Of a stretch of 64,000 nt of DNA, positions 38,736 through 50,338 are shown one piece after another. Position 1 is the first letter of the stretch. Each line of letters begins with the position of its first letter. The stretch covers positions 13,578,001-13,642,000 of the forward strand of contig CM060733.1 of the NCBI GenBank assembly GCA_030704615.1. Reading direction: 5' to 3'. The notes below the pieces were generated by a model. The model searched no databases. It was not told where the DNA came from and saw nothing but the letters and a program-made list of their open reading frames with translations. The stretch comes from Takakia lepidozioides. Its lineage: Eukaryota > Plantae > Bryophyta. The translations under genes were made by a program, and so were the position numbers.

Positions 38736-39574
38736 AAATGTATTCTAGAGATCCTATCCATTCATTGAAATCTTCACCAGTTGTCTTTGTGGTAGGTCAT
38801 TCTTTCCTCTGTTCCCGTGAATCCTGAACACCATGGGACAGGTCCCCACCACTAACCCACTTACCAAGGTTCACAGATGTTTTATTCTGTGGACCGAGTT
38901 AATGAATAAACTATGATAACCAAAATTGTCTACAATTGGGGTACAAACATCCCAACTTCATCAATGAAAGAGTTCATAACCTTTTTAGCAAATGCTGCTT
39001 TTGATGTGTACGTCCATATTCCAACCTATCACCTGCCACGACCTGCTTCTGGCAGGCACTGACAGAATGTAAACATCAAAATATACTTAATATCTACTGG
39101 AGGTGAGAACTTCAAATCAGTCTTGAAGCATCATAGGTGCAGTGTGCTTAAAGGCATCAGATTAGATCCCCATCAATTGGGTACTGGGCCCGAGTCATTG
39201 TGGAAAGGAGCTAAACAACTGAGGATAGAGGTAATCTGGTCAAAATGGCAATTGTGGGTAGATTTTTGTCACGTGATCTACCAACGGTTCTGACTGAATG
39301 CAAGCGATTACAAGGTCCTATAGTTAGGATGAAGATATCAACATATTATTGCTGTTATCAGTGGTGACACTGAAGACAATGGTAGCTATAAAGAAATCAG
39401 CTCCTCTAATTTTCTGATATGAGTTGCTGAAGAGAAGCAGGTTGGCATCTCTCAACTCTTGAGTATCATCGTGATTCGTCAAATGTGCACCTTACCGACC
39501 GAACTGATACTCTTGTGACAGTTGTAACTAAGGGCACTCTGGAAGACACTGGTAGTAGCTACTCCAGGTTTGCA

Positions 39575-39722
39575 GCTCAGGCCATCACTTGAGAGTAGGG
39601 CAAGCATCGTTTTGCCTTTAAGTGCGGTTGGCCATAAGGGGTGATGTCCAACATGCACTTAGGTGGTTTTGAACCCACGACCACATGTAAGGCAGCCTTG
39701 TGCCTAACCACTTCGCAAGCCA
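39575..39722 (-). mobile_element. tRNA-derived SINE head (degenerate)
   Basis: Minus strand has A-box-like TTGCGAAGTGG and B-box GGTTCAAAACC at tRNA spacing; no intact cloverleaf. Confidence 0.5.
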
Positions 39723-40015
39723 TCACAATGATGAAGTAGAGGAGAGAACACACCATCACAGCTTGAATAGTGATGTGCTTGTATGGTGCTACAAATTGCT
39801 TCTATGGTGCAAATTAAGTGGTCTCTAACTAACTTTCCCTGAACGAAAAAAGTGTGAAGGCCTTGAACTTAAAGTCATTGAAAGGACCTAATGACAGGCC
39901 ATATGGAGTATTTCGTTTCTTTCTTCAAAATGAATCAAATTGCTTTCTCATTTGTACCGGCTTGTCTTTTTTTTTAGGATTGAATCGGTTCAATGTGGTT
40001 ATCCAAGCAGGTGCG

Positions 40016-40250
40016 CACTAGTGTTGTTATGGTACATAGGGTTTCCTTGGGTATCAACCAGTGTTGGTCTGGTATCAGGTTTTTTACATACCAGACTGGT
40101 CCTGGGACCAGCCCAATCACAAAACTTTCACACCGGTCTGGTCTATATAATGGTGGATGTATTTTTTTCCAGATACTGGTATGAGTATGAGTATCATGAT
40201 CACAATACCAGCTGGTATGGGTATCAATTCTGGTATCATTCAAAAGCCAT
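40016..40250. mobile_element. Partial MITE related to the 1888/3026 family
   Basis: TAGTGTTG and CAGTGTTGG starts plus repeated ATACCAG/CTGGTAT motifs, as in the left-end MITEs. Confidence 0.4.
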
Positions 40251-40512
40251 TTGACTTACAAGTTTAAACAAATACAATAAACATGAAGTAAATATAAGTA
40301 AGTACATGTATAATGTGGGAGATATGCCATATGGAATTTCAAGTACTTTTGGTCGTCGGAAATTCGTGAAAAATACCAAAGTGGGCTTTCAACGATATTA
40401 TGATTGGAGCCTTGACAAGAGATATATCAATAATGATTGGATATATTACTACTCAATAAATTCATCGCAAGGTTATTACAAAGGGCAAATCTTGTGTGCA
40501 ACTCTCCTTTAA

Positions 40513-41861
40513 CCCCTAACGGACAAGGGCCAATTTTTGCCAAGACCTCAAAAACTGGACCCTGGCCCTCTAAAACATTTATATCTTGAGATTTACTAAG
40601 GCCCTGTAAAACTAACCGTTGGAATATACTCTCAACTACCCCACCTACGACCACAAAAATCCCTGTCTAAATCCAACCAGCAGATCCAAAGAATATAATG
40701 TCTAAAGTGGTGCAAAAAGAAAACAAACATGAGGTAAATAGGGAAAAAAAAGTGATTTTTCTATCGAATTTCCCATCTGCAAACTGGTCTGACATGACAC
40801 TCTCCAGAATCTGGTGCCCTGTCATATAAGACACCTTCCCTGCAAATTTCATCTTTTTCTGACATAATCTCAGGTGGGCTGCTTTGTATGCTAAAAATGG
40901 GGGGTCAAATTTGGGGTTTTCCTTGGGGCAGGCAAAATTGTTTGTTAAACTTTTGAGCCGTTCATTTGGCAATCACTCCGGTGGGAATGTTGTGGGTGGG
41001 TATGGCTTTTCCCCAAAAACATTTCGAGCCAATCTGAGTCTCCTACTAGGTCTTTTTACCCCCTGCCCATGAGACTTGCAATTGCACCTATGTGGGCCTA
41101 TAATTTTTGGCCAGTAGCCCTCTCTTGTGGAGGGTTTTAGGGGGTGCCTCATTCTACCCGTCCCTAAATTGATTAGGCCTCCACCCCTCCCAAGGCATGT
41201 CCACCCCCCCCCCCAACCAGGTTCGGGCCACCCCTATGCGGGCATGGCTGGAGGTACGCAACGCGGCCCTGTGCCTGTCCGCTTGCGCTGCCTCCCTCGC
41301 ACACAACATTGCATCAATGCGATAATAAAAAATGTCAAAGAAGCATCTTCAGGCAGCTCTCGAGCTGCGCATCAATTGAGTCTCCTCCAGCGCTCTCCTC
41401 CCCCCCCCCCCTCCACAACAATAGGTTTGACACCAAACCACGCTCGGAGCTACCATCGCCATTGATTCCAGCTTGGGGATTAGGCATGGATCCGAGGCAG
41501 GTCGGCTGCGGGTGCCATTTAGGGGGGTAAGTGGCGCAATAAAGGGTGTTGGGAGACGCGCCACCCTGCCATGGGGGGGGGGGTGGATGGAATTTCACCC
41601 TAACCTGACCCTGGTTGCCACGTCATCCTCAGGGCAGGTTAGATGGTGGAAAATGGCCTCAAAATCACAAGTGTGGCGGACTCTACGCTCTCCACGTGGC
41701 AATTGCCTGGACATATGATCAATTAGGCAATGCCACGTCATACCTAACTTGATTTCCAATCGAATGAGCCTGCGTGCGCCCACGTCAGGCTTAACCTCAG
41801 GGATAACCAGCCTGTTTTCTAAACCCAACCGACCCAATTTGGGTCGTTTTGACGCTTAGGG
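40513..41861. mobile_element. Non-autonomous TTAA-flanked DNA element with CCC..GGG ends (piggyBac-like)
   Basis: TTAA|CCCCTAACGGACAAGGGCCAATTT at left and AATTTGGGTCGTTTTGACGCTTAGGG|TTAA at right; imperfect TIRs; no coding capacity. Confidence 0.55.
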
Positions 41862-42468
41862 TTAACAACCTCGATGCTAATTAGTGTGGCTCATCTGCTT
41901 GGTAGGTCAACTGCTGTTGCTAGGATCTAGTTTTCTTGATCCCTTCCTGGTCACCTTTCTCACTCTATGCTCTGGTCTAGTTGCACCGCTCAATTTCTAC
42001 TTCTTAAGTATGTCTTCAACCTTGTTACCTTGTTATATCTCTTCTGGTCGGTAGCTCTGCTGCTGTGCTTTGGATCTGGTCTTTTTGATCCCATACTCGT
42101 TCTCCCTTCCTCTGAACTATGGTCTTGAAGCTGTGGCTTCCGATATCAGTCTTTATGGCACTTCTTTGGAGGTTATTTTTTCTTCTTGTACCCGGGCCTG
42201 GCCGAGTTTTGTTTAATATGATATTCAAGGGCCTATGTCCCATCTTATTATAAATAAATAAATAAATAAATTCATGGACAAAAAAAATTGGCTTTTTCAA
42301 TATATGATTGTATATATAGAAGTATTAATATAAACTTCTAACTCTTTCACCAAATTCCAATCTTTGAATCACATTACATTGTTGCTCATTTGGTTCATGT
42401 TTACGATATTTTTTAAACATTAGTTCATTCATGTACCACACATTCTTTGTAACTAAACAAACAACCAC

Positions 42469-42729
42469 CCGTCGGTAGCTTAGTTGGATAGAGCACTAGG
42501 TGCCACCTAGGGGATTCTGGGTTCAAATCTTGCTACCTTGTCGGGTGTGGTATAATCTTCTTCCCCTTCCCTTGGGCGGTGTCCCTAGAGCCTTGTGCTT
42601 GGCGCCTCATGGCGAGGTTACTATGAAAGAGGTTATTTTCTCCTCTCACTATAATTAAGGGGCCTGATTGTGAGCGGTCGCTCCAAGGTATTTCCCTTTA
42701 TAAAAAGTTTTAAAAAAACACAAAAAAAC
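42469..42729 (+). mobile_element. tRNA-derived SINE (Gly-GCC-like head) with A-rich tail
   Basis: A box TAGCTTAGTTGG, anticodon arm CTAG-GTGCCAC-CTAG, B box GGTTCAAATC, ~170-nt body and A-rich end at ~42700-42729; the acceptor stem does not pair. Confidence 0.7.
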
Positions 42730-42929
42730 CAGTAGTAACAAGCCTCAAACGATAATTGGCTCTCTTGCTTTGCTTTGGCACAACATAAGAGGAAGGTAAG
42801 ACTAGGGAGCATGACTCAGCACAACACACCAAACAGCGCCTTGACACGGTGTAAGGTCCTTTGACCACATTTTCTCCATTGACTTGCATGTCTCTGCAAA
42901 GTCTCGTTCTACAAGAGAGCCAACAAAAC

Positions 42930-43103
42930 ATCCAACTTCATTTTAGTATATTCTTCGCACGTTGGCCTGGACATAGGAGAGGCACTTGGATCAAACACTG
43001 ACAAGATCCAGTTGACAATTTTCCACCAAAAATCCAACTTCATTTTAGTATATTGAGTTCAATTCTTCACACATTGGCCTCGACATAGGAGAGGCACTTG
43101 GAT
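42930..43103. repeat. Local direct duplication (~60-70 bp, two copies)
   Basis: ATCCAACTTCATTTTAGTATATT..GGCCT(G/C)GACATAGGAGAGGCACTTGGAT at ~42930 and ~43032. Confidence 0.8.
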
Positions 43104-43164
43104 ACATAATGGATTGCACTTGGACTTAGGTGACACTGCACTTGGGCCAACTGCACAGGCTACC

Positions 43165-44240
43165 CTAGTGTGAATAATGTAATACCAGAAAAACACCATG
43201 GCCATCTCTTAAGTGGATCATTTCAAAGGCGATCGTAGCCCTTCTAGATCCGGCTCTATGGCTTGGACACTTTGGAGAGGTTGGCTGCACATTCGTGGCC
43301 ATCTCATGAGCCTTCGGTCCCTTGCTTCCTCTGACGAAACTTGTCGTCAACCCCTATTTGGTAACCTAAACATTGACTCTGAATGTTTAGCCAAGCTGTC
43401 CCCTAAATGGGCTGGTTGGGAAGGTTCGGGCATCACTTGTGTTTCCCACATCTAGGAAGATGGTCAGTTTCTTTTTGCCAAGCATGTTGCTGAGTATGTG
43501 GGTAGGAGAAGAATGGTGTGCAGCTGGCCCCTCATCTCCTCTAAAGTTTTTTGCACCCTAGGCCCCTCCCTTGTGGCTGGCCCTTCATTCGGCAGCCTCC
43601 TAGCTCCCCCTGTCATGCAGCTCTCTTGCTCACATAGTATAATGGTTGCAGGTTTTGGGTTTCATGCAGATAACTTGGGCTACCTTTCTTACTAGGGATC
43701 CGGATGGATTCATCTCCAAATGGTTATAATTTTTTTTGACATTCGTGTCATTAATCTCTCCGACAGTAGCTGTAACCCTCCCCCTCCTACTTCCGGAGGA
43801 GAAATTTAGTGGCTTGCCCACTCCACCTTCCTTTGGTTCCTTCGTGCCCCTATTGCAAGGCTACAATTGGACCCCGGCGAATGGAGCTGGATGGATCCCA
43901 AACACAACCCATTTTTCGTCTATTCTATTACGTTGGGTTATTCATTACTGAGGCCCCCGCCTACATACCCAGTTGTGGAACAAGAAATGGTGCTTGGACT
44001 TGGCCCACACAATCTGGTTGGCCCTTTGGAAGTAGGTCTAACACAAAGAAGGAGCGGCTAAAGTATGTGTGTTTCTATGGAAATTGGTTAACTGCATTTT
44101 GCCTAATTTTGCCTCCTCACACACGTCAAGTAGGGATCCCCGCCTCACTTTCTCTCGTTCTGTACCAGAATCCATTGAGCATTGCCTCATTCTTTGCCCC
44201 CTTTCTAGGGCGGTGTGGAGCCTTGTCTTCGCTTTTTATG
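43165..44240 (+). mobile_element. Degenerate L1-type LINE ORF2 C-terminal remnant
   Basis: Fragmented translation WTLWRGW..PLFGNLNI..WEGSGIT, FLWKLVNCILP and ESIEHCLILCP (zf-RVT-like). Confidence 0.55.
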
Positions 44241-44241
44241 A

Positions 44242-44970
44242 TCACTGACCCATATCTTGTCCTTTAGACATCTTGCACTGATATAATTGGTGTTGTAAAT
44301 GATAAATGTCCTCAGTGGACTTCTGCTCATGGATAAGAATCAAAAGTGACCAAATTTGAGCTGAGGTTCTGGAATTCAACAATTGGACGAGAAGCTTGTC
44401 ATTGATCGTCTGCGTCAAAACACTTTTGGCTTGCATATCTTTGCGGTGCCAAGCAACTGAGTTGGCTGCTTCTGCTAACGGTTCAAGACCTGTGACAATA
44501 TCCATGAAGTCTCGACCGGACAGGACTGATTCCATTTGATACTTCCATATCTGAAAGCTGTGGCCATTGAACTTTTTGACATTACAAAAATCTTTGCTAT
44601 CCATGTCTGCTATTGCAAAACAAAAAGAAAGAAAACATGTGTCGCTCTGACTAAACTGACTACAAGCAATGAACGAACAAACTCTCAGCAGACTCTTTGT
44701 TTGCAGCGGATGACCAGCATGAAGATAAGGCCCATAACCTATTGATTTTCACTATTCAACCAACACTGTTATACTACACAATCATATCTGATCAGACATG
44801 CAATCACCATTCAATGCTCTCAGATCCACTCTCATCTTATTTTCTGCATACCAATACCCACAGAGAACCATCACACAGTAACTTATATATCACAATACTT
44901 TTGGCGGGCAATTGTCTAGTTCAAATCTCAATGTTCCCAAGAACTAGTTAGCAGTTCCCAATACTCAATA
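44242..44970 (-). mobile_element. Truncated Ty1/copia relic: putative 5'LTR (~44970-44741), half-tRNA PBS (44739-44729) and gag N-terminus (44604-44242)
   Basis: Gag KFNGHSFQIWKYQMESVL..TSAQIWSLL; minus strand TCAATA-GGTTATGGGCC upstream. LTR outer boundary is uncertain. Confidence 0.75.
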
Positions 44971-45252
44971 AGATAGCCGTACTAGTGTCTCTTGTCAGGA
45001 AGGGGGCCCTTAACTCAATAAATGCCACTTAAAGTGCAATGCCAATAATTCCTCACAGACCTGCAAACTTGTCAAGATACCTACTTTGGCAAGTGCCAAC
45101 TACCAACTGTGGACCATGCTGTGAGGCACAATAATATTCCAAGACTGCCACTGGTTGAAGAAAGTTTGTACAGAGAAAACTTGGCAAGAGAAGTCTCTTT
45201 GAATTCCTCTCTTTCTATATTGAAAGTACCATTACTCTTTCTATGTACATTA

Positions 45253-45520
45253 TGTAGAATGAGCAGTGTACCAACTGCATGAGGATCGAAGGCTAGAAAT
45301 CGTTGCATAGTGAACCTGAGGCCCTTATATCATGGACACATGAGCTGTAGAAAGTAATTGCAGAAGTAATTAACTACCAACTAATGAAGTCTATCCTACC
45401 TACTATGGTGGTGGATTAACTGCTAACCAACTGGCATATCTACTGCTACCCGCGAGAATATAGTGAAGACCGAGGACTGAATAATCAATGGTACACTAAA
45501 ATTGCATTACTAATTTAACA
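45253..45520 (-). repeat. 3' LTR of the copia element
   Basis: 268 bp; differs from the 5' LTR by 2 substitutions and one 8-bp indel (counted by eye). Confidence 0.95.
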
Positions 45521-48500
45521 CCTCCCCTCAGTCCTCAGCCACCGTGATAGCTCCTTCGAAGATGTCAAGAATATGAAGAGCAGGAAGAGCAACAGCTATG
45601 GCTGGTTGATCATCCCCAGCTTGCATGCCTTAAACTGCACATACCAAGCTCATCCCTGAATTTCTCGAGTTTGATTCGGCCTAGTGGCTTGGTGAAAATG
45701 TGAGCTATTTGTTCACCAGTGGGTACATGAATCAAATCGATTTCCTTGCTCTCAACTTTTTCATGTATGAAATGGTGGTGTACCTCTATGTGTTTCGTCC
45801 TGGCATGAAACACGGGATTCTTGGCTATCTTTGCGCTACTCTGATTATCGCACAAAATCAGTCTTGGCCCTTCTTCCAATGTTCCTAGCTCCTCCAACAA
45901 TCTTCTCAACCAAGTAGCTTCTTTAGCAGCCTTAGTAAGAGCCCGATATTCTGCTTCAGTGGATGATAAGGCTACTGTGGATTGTTTTTTTGAGCACCAG
46001 GTAATAGCACTATCTCCGATGCAAAACACATATCCACTAGTTGAGTGACGCTGCTCATGGTCACCAGCCCAGTCAACGTCTGAGAATCCATTCAAATTGT
46101 TGCTTGAGCCCTTTCGATACAAAATTCCAAAGTCCAGGGTTCCTCATATGTATCTAAGGATGTGTTTCACGGCTTCAAGATGAGGCTCTTGGGGAATTGC
46201 CATGAACCTGCTAACTGTACCAACGGAGAAAACCAGATCTGGTCTGGTGTTAGTGTAGTAAATCAGCTTGCCCACCATCCTACGATACAACACCGAATCA
46301 GCTTGGGGTGCCTGCATATCCGTAGTCAGCTTGAGTCCTTCAATCATTGGGACACTGTGTGGATTGCAGTCCCACATCCCGAATTCTTTCAACATATGGA
46401 TGGCGTATTGGCGTTGGCACATGAAAATCCCCGCGCATGGACATAAGCAAGTTCTGCTACGAGATACAAAGTTGCTAAACCAAGATCAGTCATTTGGTAT
46501 TCCTTCAAGAGTTGTTCCCTGAGCCATGCAATTTTTTCCACATGACTGCCTGTGAGTAGAAGATCGTGCACGTAGAGAATGAGAATTGTGATTTTCTCGT
46601 CACTCTTTAAGTAATACAAATTATAATCAGCATTACTCTTGTTCATGCCTTGGGACTTCAGATAGGCGTCAATTTTGGAATACCATGCCCTAGGGGCTTG
46701 CTTGAGCCCATAAAGAGCCTTAAGCAATCGACATATCTTTGTCTCGTTTCCAGGCGCAACATATCCTTGAGGTTGGACCATATATACCTCCTCTTGAAGA
46801 TTGCCATTGAGAAAAACAGTCTTCACATCCATATGGTAAATGGGCCAACCTTTATGACCTGCAATTGCAATAACAGCCCGGATGGTCCCCCATTTCACAA
46901 CTGGAGCGAAAATCTCATAAAAATCAAGGCCCTCTGTATGCTCAAATCCTCTAGCAACAAGGCGGGCTTTGAGTTTACCAATAGAACCATCAGCTTTCCG
47001 CTTTACCTTGTATATCCATTTGGCCGTTATCGGGAAAATACCAGGGGGTGGATCAACTAGTTCCCATGTATGGTTTTTGTCAATCGAAGCCATTTCTTTG
47101 ATTCATGGCAGTCTGCCAACCTGGAGTTGAAGTTGCTTCCTCAAAGGTCGTCGGCTCGACAATAGGGGATTCCACAAGATGAATGTAATCTTGGAGACGA
47201 GTTGGTTTCCGACGCTCTCGAGTGGGCCGAGAAGATTGAATAGGTTCATGGACAATAAAAGCCTCCTCTTGTGGTTCATGTGGGTGAACCGGCGTTGTGG
47301 GCAACCATTGCTCTGCGACAGTCGGATGAATTGGCAGATCCACCTGTAAGTCAATAGCTGGTGGAGATTGGGCTGCATCTTGGTCCTCGTTTGATGTAGT
47401 AATCGTCTCTTGAGCCGTCTCTCAAATGAGACTACCAGGGGTCAAACTAGATCCATCTGATGGGGGAAGAGCAGTTGCTTGAAGAGGATTATCTACCACA
47501 AATTGAACATCCCGGTTAATGAATACTTTGAGCGTTGAGGGATTATAAAGGCGATAGCCCCTTGTGACACTATCATAACCTACAAGGATGCACTCTATGG
47601 ATTTGGGATCGAGCTTATCCCTATGACATTTGTCAACATGCACAAAGGATTTGCTACCAAAGACACGCAAGTTTGATAGATCAGGTTTGATACCTGAGAA
47701 TTTTTGGTAGGGTGTAGTGCCTGAGTTGTCGCGTGTGGGAGAGCGATTCAGTAGATATGCCGCTGCGTTAATTGCTTCCGTCCAAGGATATTTGGGAAGC
47801 GAATTTTCGTGCAGTAAGCTCCGAGCTTGTTTCATAAGGGTTCGGTTTTTCCGCTCTGAAATTACATTTTGCTGTGGGGTATATGATTGTGTCAGTTGTC
47901 GTTGAATCCCTTCCCATTTGTAGAAATTAATAAACTCTTCGGAAAGAAATTCGCCACCCCTGTCTGTTCTAAGGCATTTAATTGATTTTTCTGTTGCCTT
48001 TTCAATCATCGCCTTAAACTCCTTGAAACAATTGAATGCTTCTCCCTTTCGCTTGAGAAAATATACCCACGTAAATCTACTGTAATCGTCCGTCACTGCC
48101 ATGAAGTACTTGGACCCGGATAGTGATGGCACGGGTAAAGGTCCACACAGATCTATATGAACCAATTCCAAAATGGCTTTGGCTCTATGTTCACTGGAGC
48201 GGGGAAATCTTTCTCGATGCTGCTTACCAAGCATACAGACCTTGCATGGCTCATAAATGAGTGGGAGCTTTGGCATCCCCAAGACTTTGCCACTGTTGCT
48301 CAGATAATGGAGACGGCGATAATTAAGATATCCAAGCCTCCTATGCCACAGTCGAATAATCTCGTCAGATTCCATGCAGCTATTGACCTCAAATGAAGTT
48401 TGATCATATGACTTTAGGTTGTACAATCCAGTAGATTTAATTCGTTCTCCGTGAAGAACTACTCTGTGAGGTCTTTCTTTCTCTACAAACAAGCATTTCC

Positions 48501-50062
48501 TGGCATCAAAGATTCCAAGATGTCATTTATCAGCCAAAACACCAACAGATAACCAATTCCTCGTCATGCCAGGGACGTACAAAACGTTAGTAATGCGCTT
48601 TATTGATCCATTTTGTAATACTTTGGTATGGCCTTTTCCCTCCACATTGTGGTAGGTGCCACCAGCGGATCGCACACTAGAAGTGCTGCTACAACCATCC
48701 AAATCATGAAGAATTTCTGAGTTGCCGGTCATGTGCTTACTAGCACCGGAGTCAATAATCTAGGAAGCTTTCTTTTCCCCGGCAGTGAGATCTCCTTGCA
48801 TGTCGAGAGCGGCCATGGCTACTTCCAACATTTCAGCTACCCCAATGCAGTCATCTTCGTCAGATTCGTCGGGTGCATCTTCAACCATGTTGGCATGCTG
48901 ATTACAGTTCTTCAAAATCTCTTCGTACGGAACCGGACAATTCTTCGCCCAATGGCCCTCCTTGCCGCAGCGGTTGCAGGTGGTGATAATAGAAGATCTT
49001 TGTGATGAAGGTCGACCTCCACCTTGTCCTTGGCGCTGATAGGTCTTACTGAAGCGTTTAAACTTGACCCACAAGGCTTCATCTTGAGTAGCCTTTCGTT
49101 CTTTCAACTCCCGTGTGGTTTCCTCGTGCAACAGTTTCGAAGTAAATTCTGCAACACTAGGAAGCTCTTTCTGCGCCATGATTGCGTCACCGTAGGCAGT
49201 ATACGTGTCAGGTAAGGCATTCAAAATGTGCTCAACAATGATATATTCCTCAATTTCTTCACCAAAGGCAGCAAGTTGAGCCACAAGATTAGTAATGGTC
49301 TAAAGGAATTCCTCTATGGAGGATCCTTCTTCCATTTTCAATCCATGGAACTTGTTCCTCACAACCATTTGCCTCGATGATGACCTATCATCGTACATTT
49401 TGGCCAAAGCATCCCACATAGCCTTTGGCTCTATGAGATGAGCAATATAATGGATGACTTTGTGACTGAGAGAGAGATTTATAATGGTAAGAGCCCTGAG
49501 CTTCTTCTTTCTAAGCTCTTCCTTATCCTGACATGCTTCTAGGACCACCTTCTTCTGGACAAGCTCAAGAATATCCTCCATCAACAGATAGTTTGTGACC
49601 TTGAACTTCCATACTGAGTAGTTGTTTTTCCCTGTCAGCTTGTCTTGCTGAGGGATGATCAAGTCTGATCCATTTCCCATGACGGCTGCTGAAGGAGGAT
49701 AGAAAGAAAATAATTAAATCAATAAAGAACTAAAGGACGATGGCAAGAGAGAAGAAGAGGAATCTCGAGATAAATCAATTTTTACAAAGTAGTGAGTGGA
49801 GGAAAGATGATGTTCATAGACACGAATTGAGAGGTGCATGAGAACTACAGGCCCGTGAGAAATTTCTAGAGTGGAAAGAATTTTTTGGAACAAGAATTTG
49901 CAATAAAACAAACAGTTCTGGAGCAGAGCTCACAGGATCACAAAATCAAATCAACAAGACATCCAACGATGGTGGAGCAGTGCTTCACACCAGAGGTGCT
50001 TCCTAGTGACCTCAAACCCTGAAAGAAACTATGATTCTATTGCCCCCCGAGCTCTGATACCA

Positions 50063-50338
50063 TGTAGAATGAGTAGTGTACCAACTGCATGAGGATCGAA
50101 GGCTAGAAATCGTTGCATAGTGAACCTGAGGCCCTTATATCATGGACACATGAGCTGTAGAAAGTAATTGCAGAAGTAATTAACTACCAACTAATGAAGT
50201 CTATCCTACCTACTATGGTGGTGGATTAACTGCTAACCAACTGGCATATCTACTGCTACCCGCGAGAATATAGTGAAGACATTAAACCCGAGGACTGAAT
50301 AATCAATGGTACACTATAATTGCATTACTAATTTAACA
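50063..50338 (-). repeat. 5' LTR of the copia element
   Basis: 276 bp; adjacent to the PBS. Confidence 0.95.

Larger units (their letters stand above)
45253..50338 (-). mobile_element. Complete Ty1/copia LTR retrotransposon with disrupted gag-pol
   Basis: LTRs 45253-45520 and 50063-50338 (TG..CA); TSD CATTA on both sides; PBS TGGTATCAGAGC (50062-50051, tRNA-iMet); PPT at 45521-45534. Domain order: gag (CNRCGKEGHWAKNC), PR (IIDSGASKHM), IN (VHIDLCGP, TDRGGEF), RT (KARLVARG, LYGLKQAPR, ILYVHD), RNase H (SSTEAEY, CDNQS). Confidence 0.97.

Noticed and set aside
42469-42545. Functional tRNA-Gly gene
   Set aside because: Acceptor and T stems do not pair and there is a SINE-like body with an A tail; the same applies to 39655-39722.
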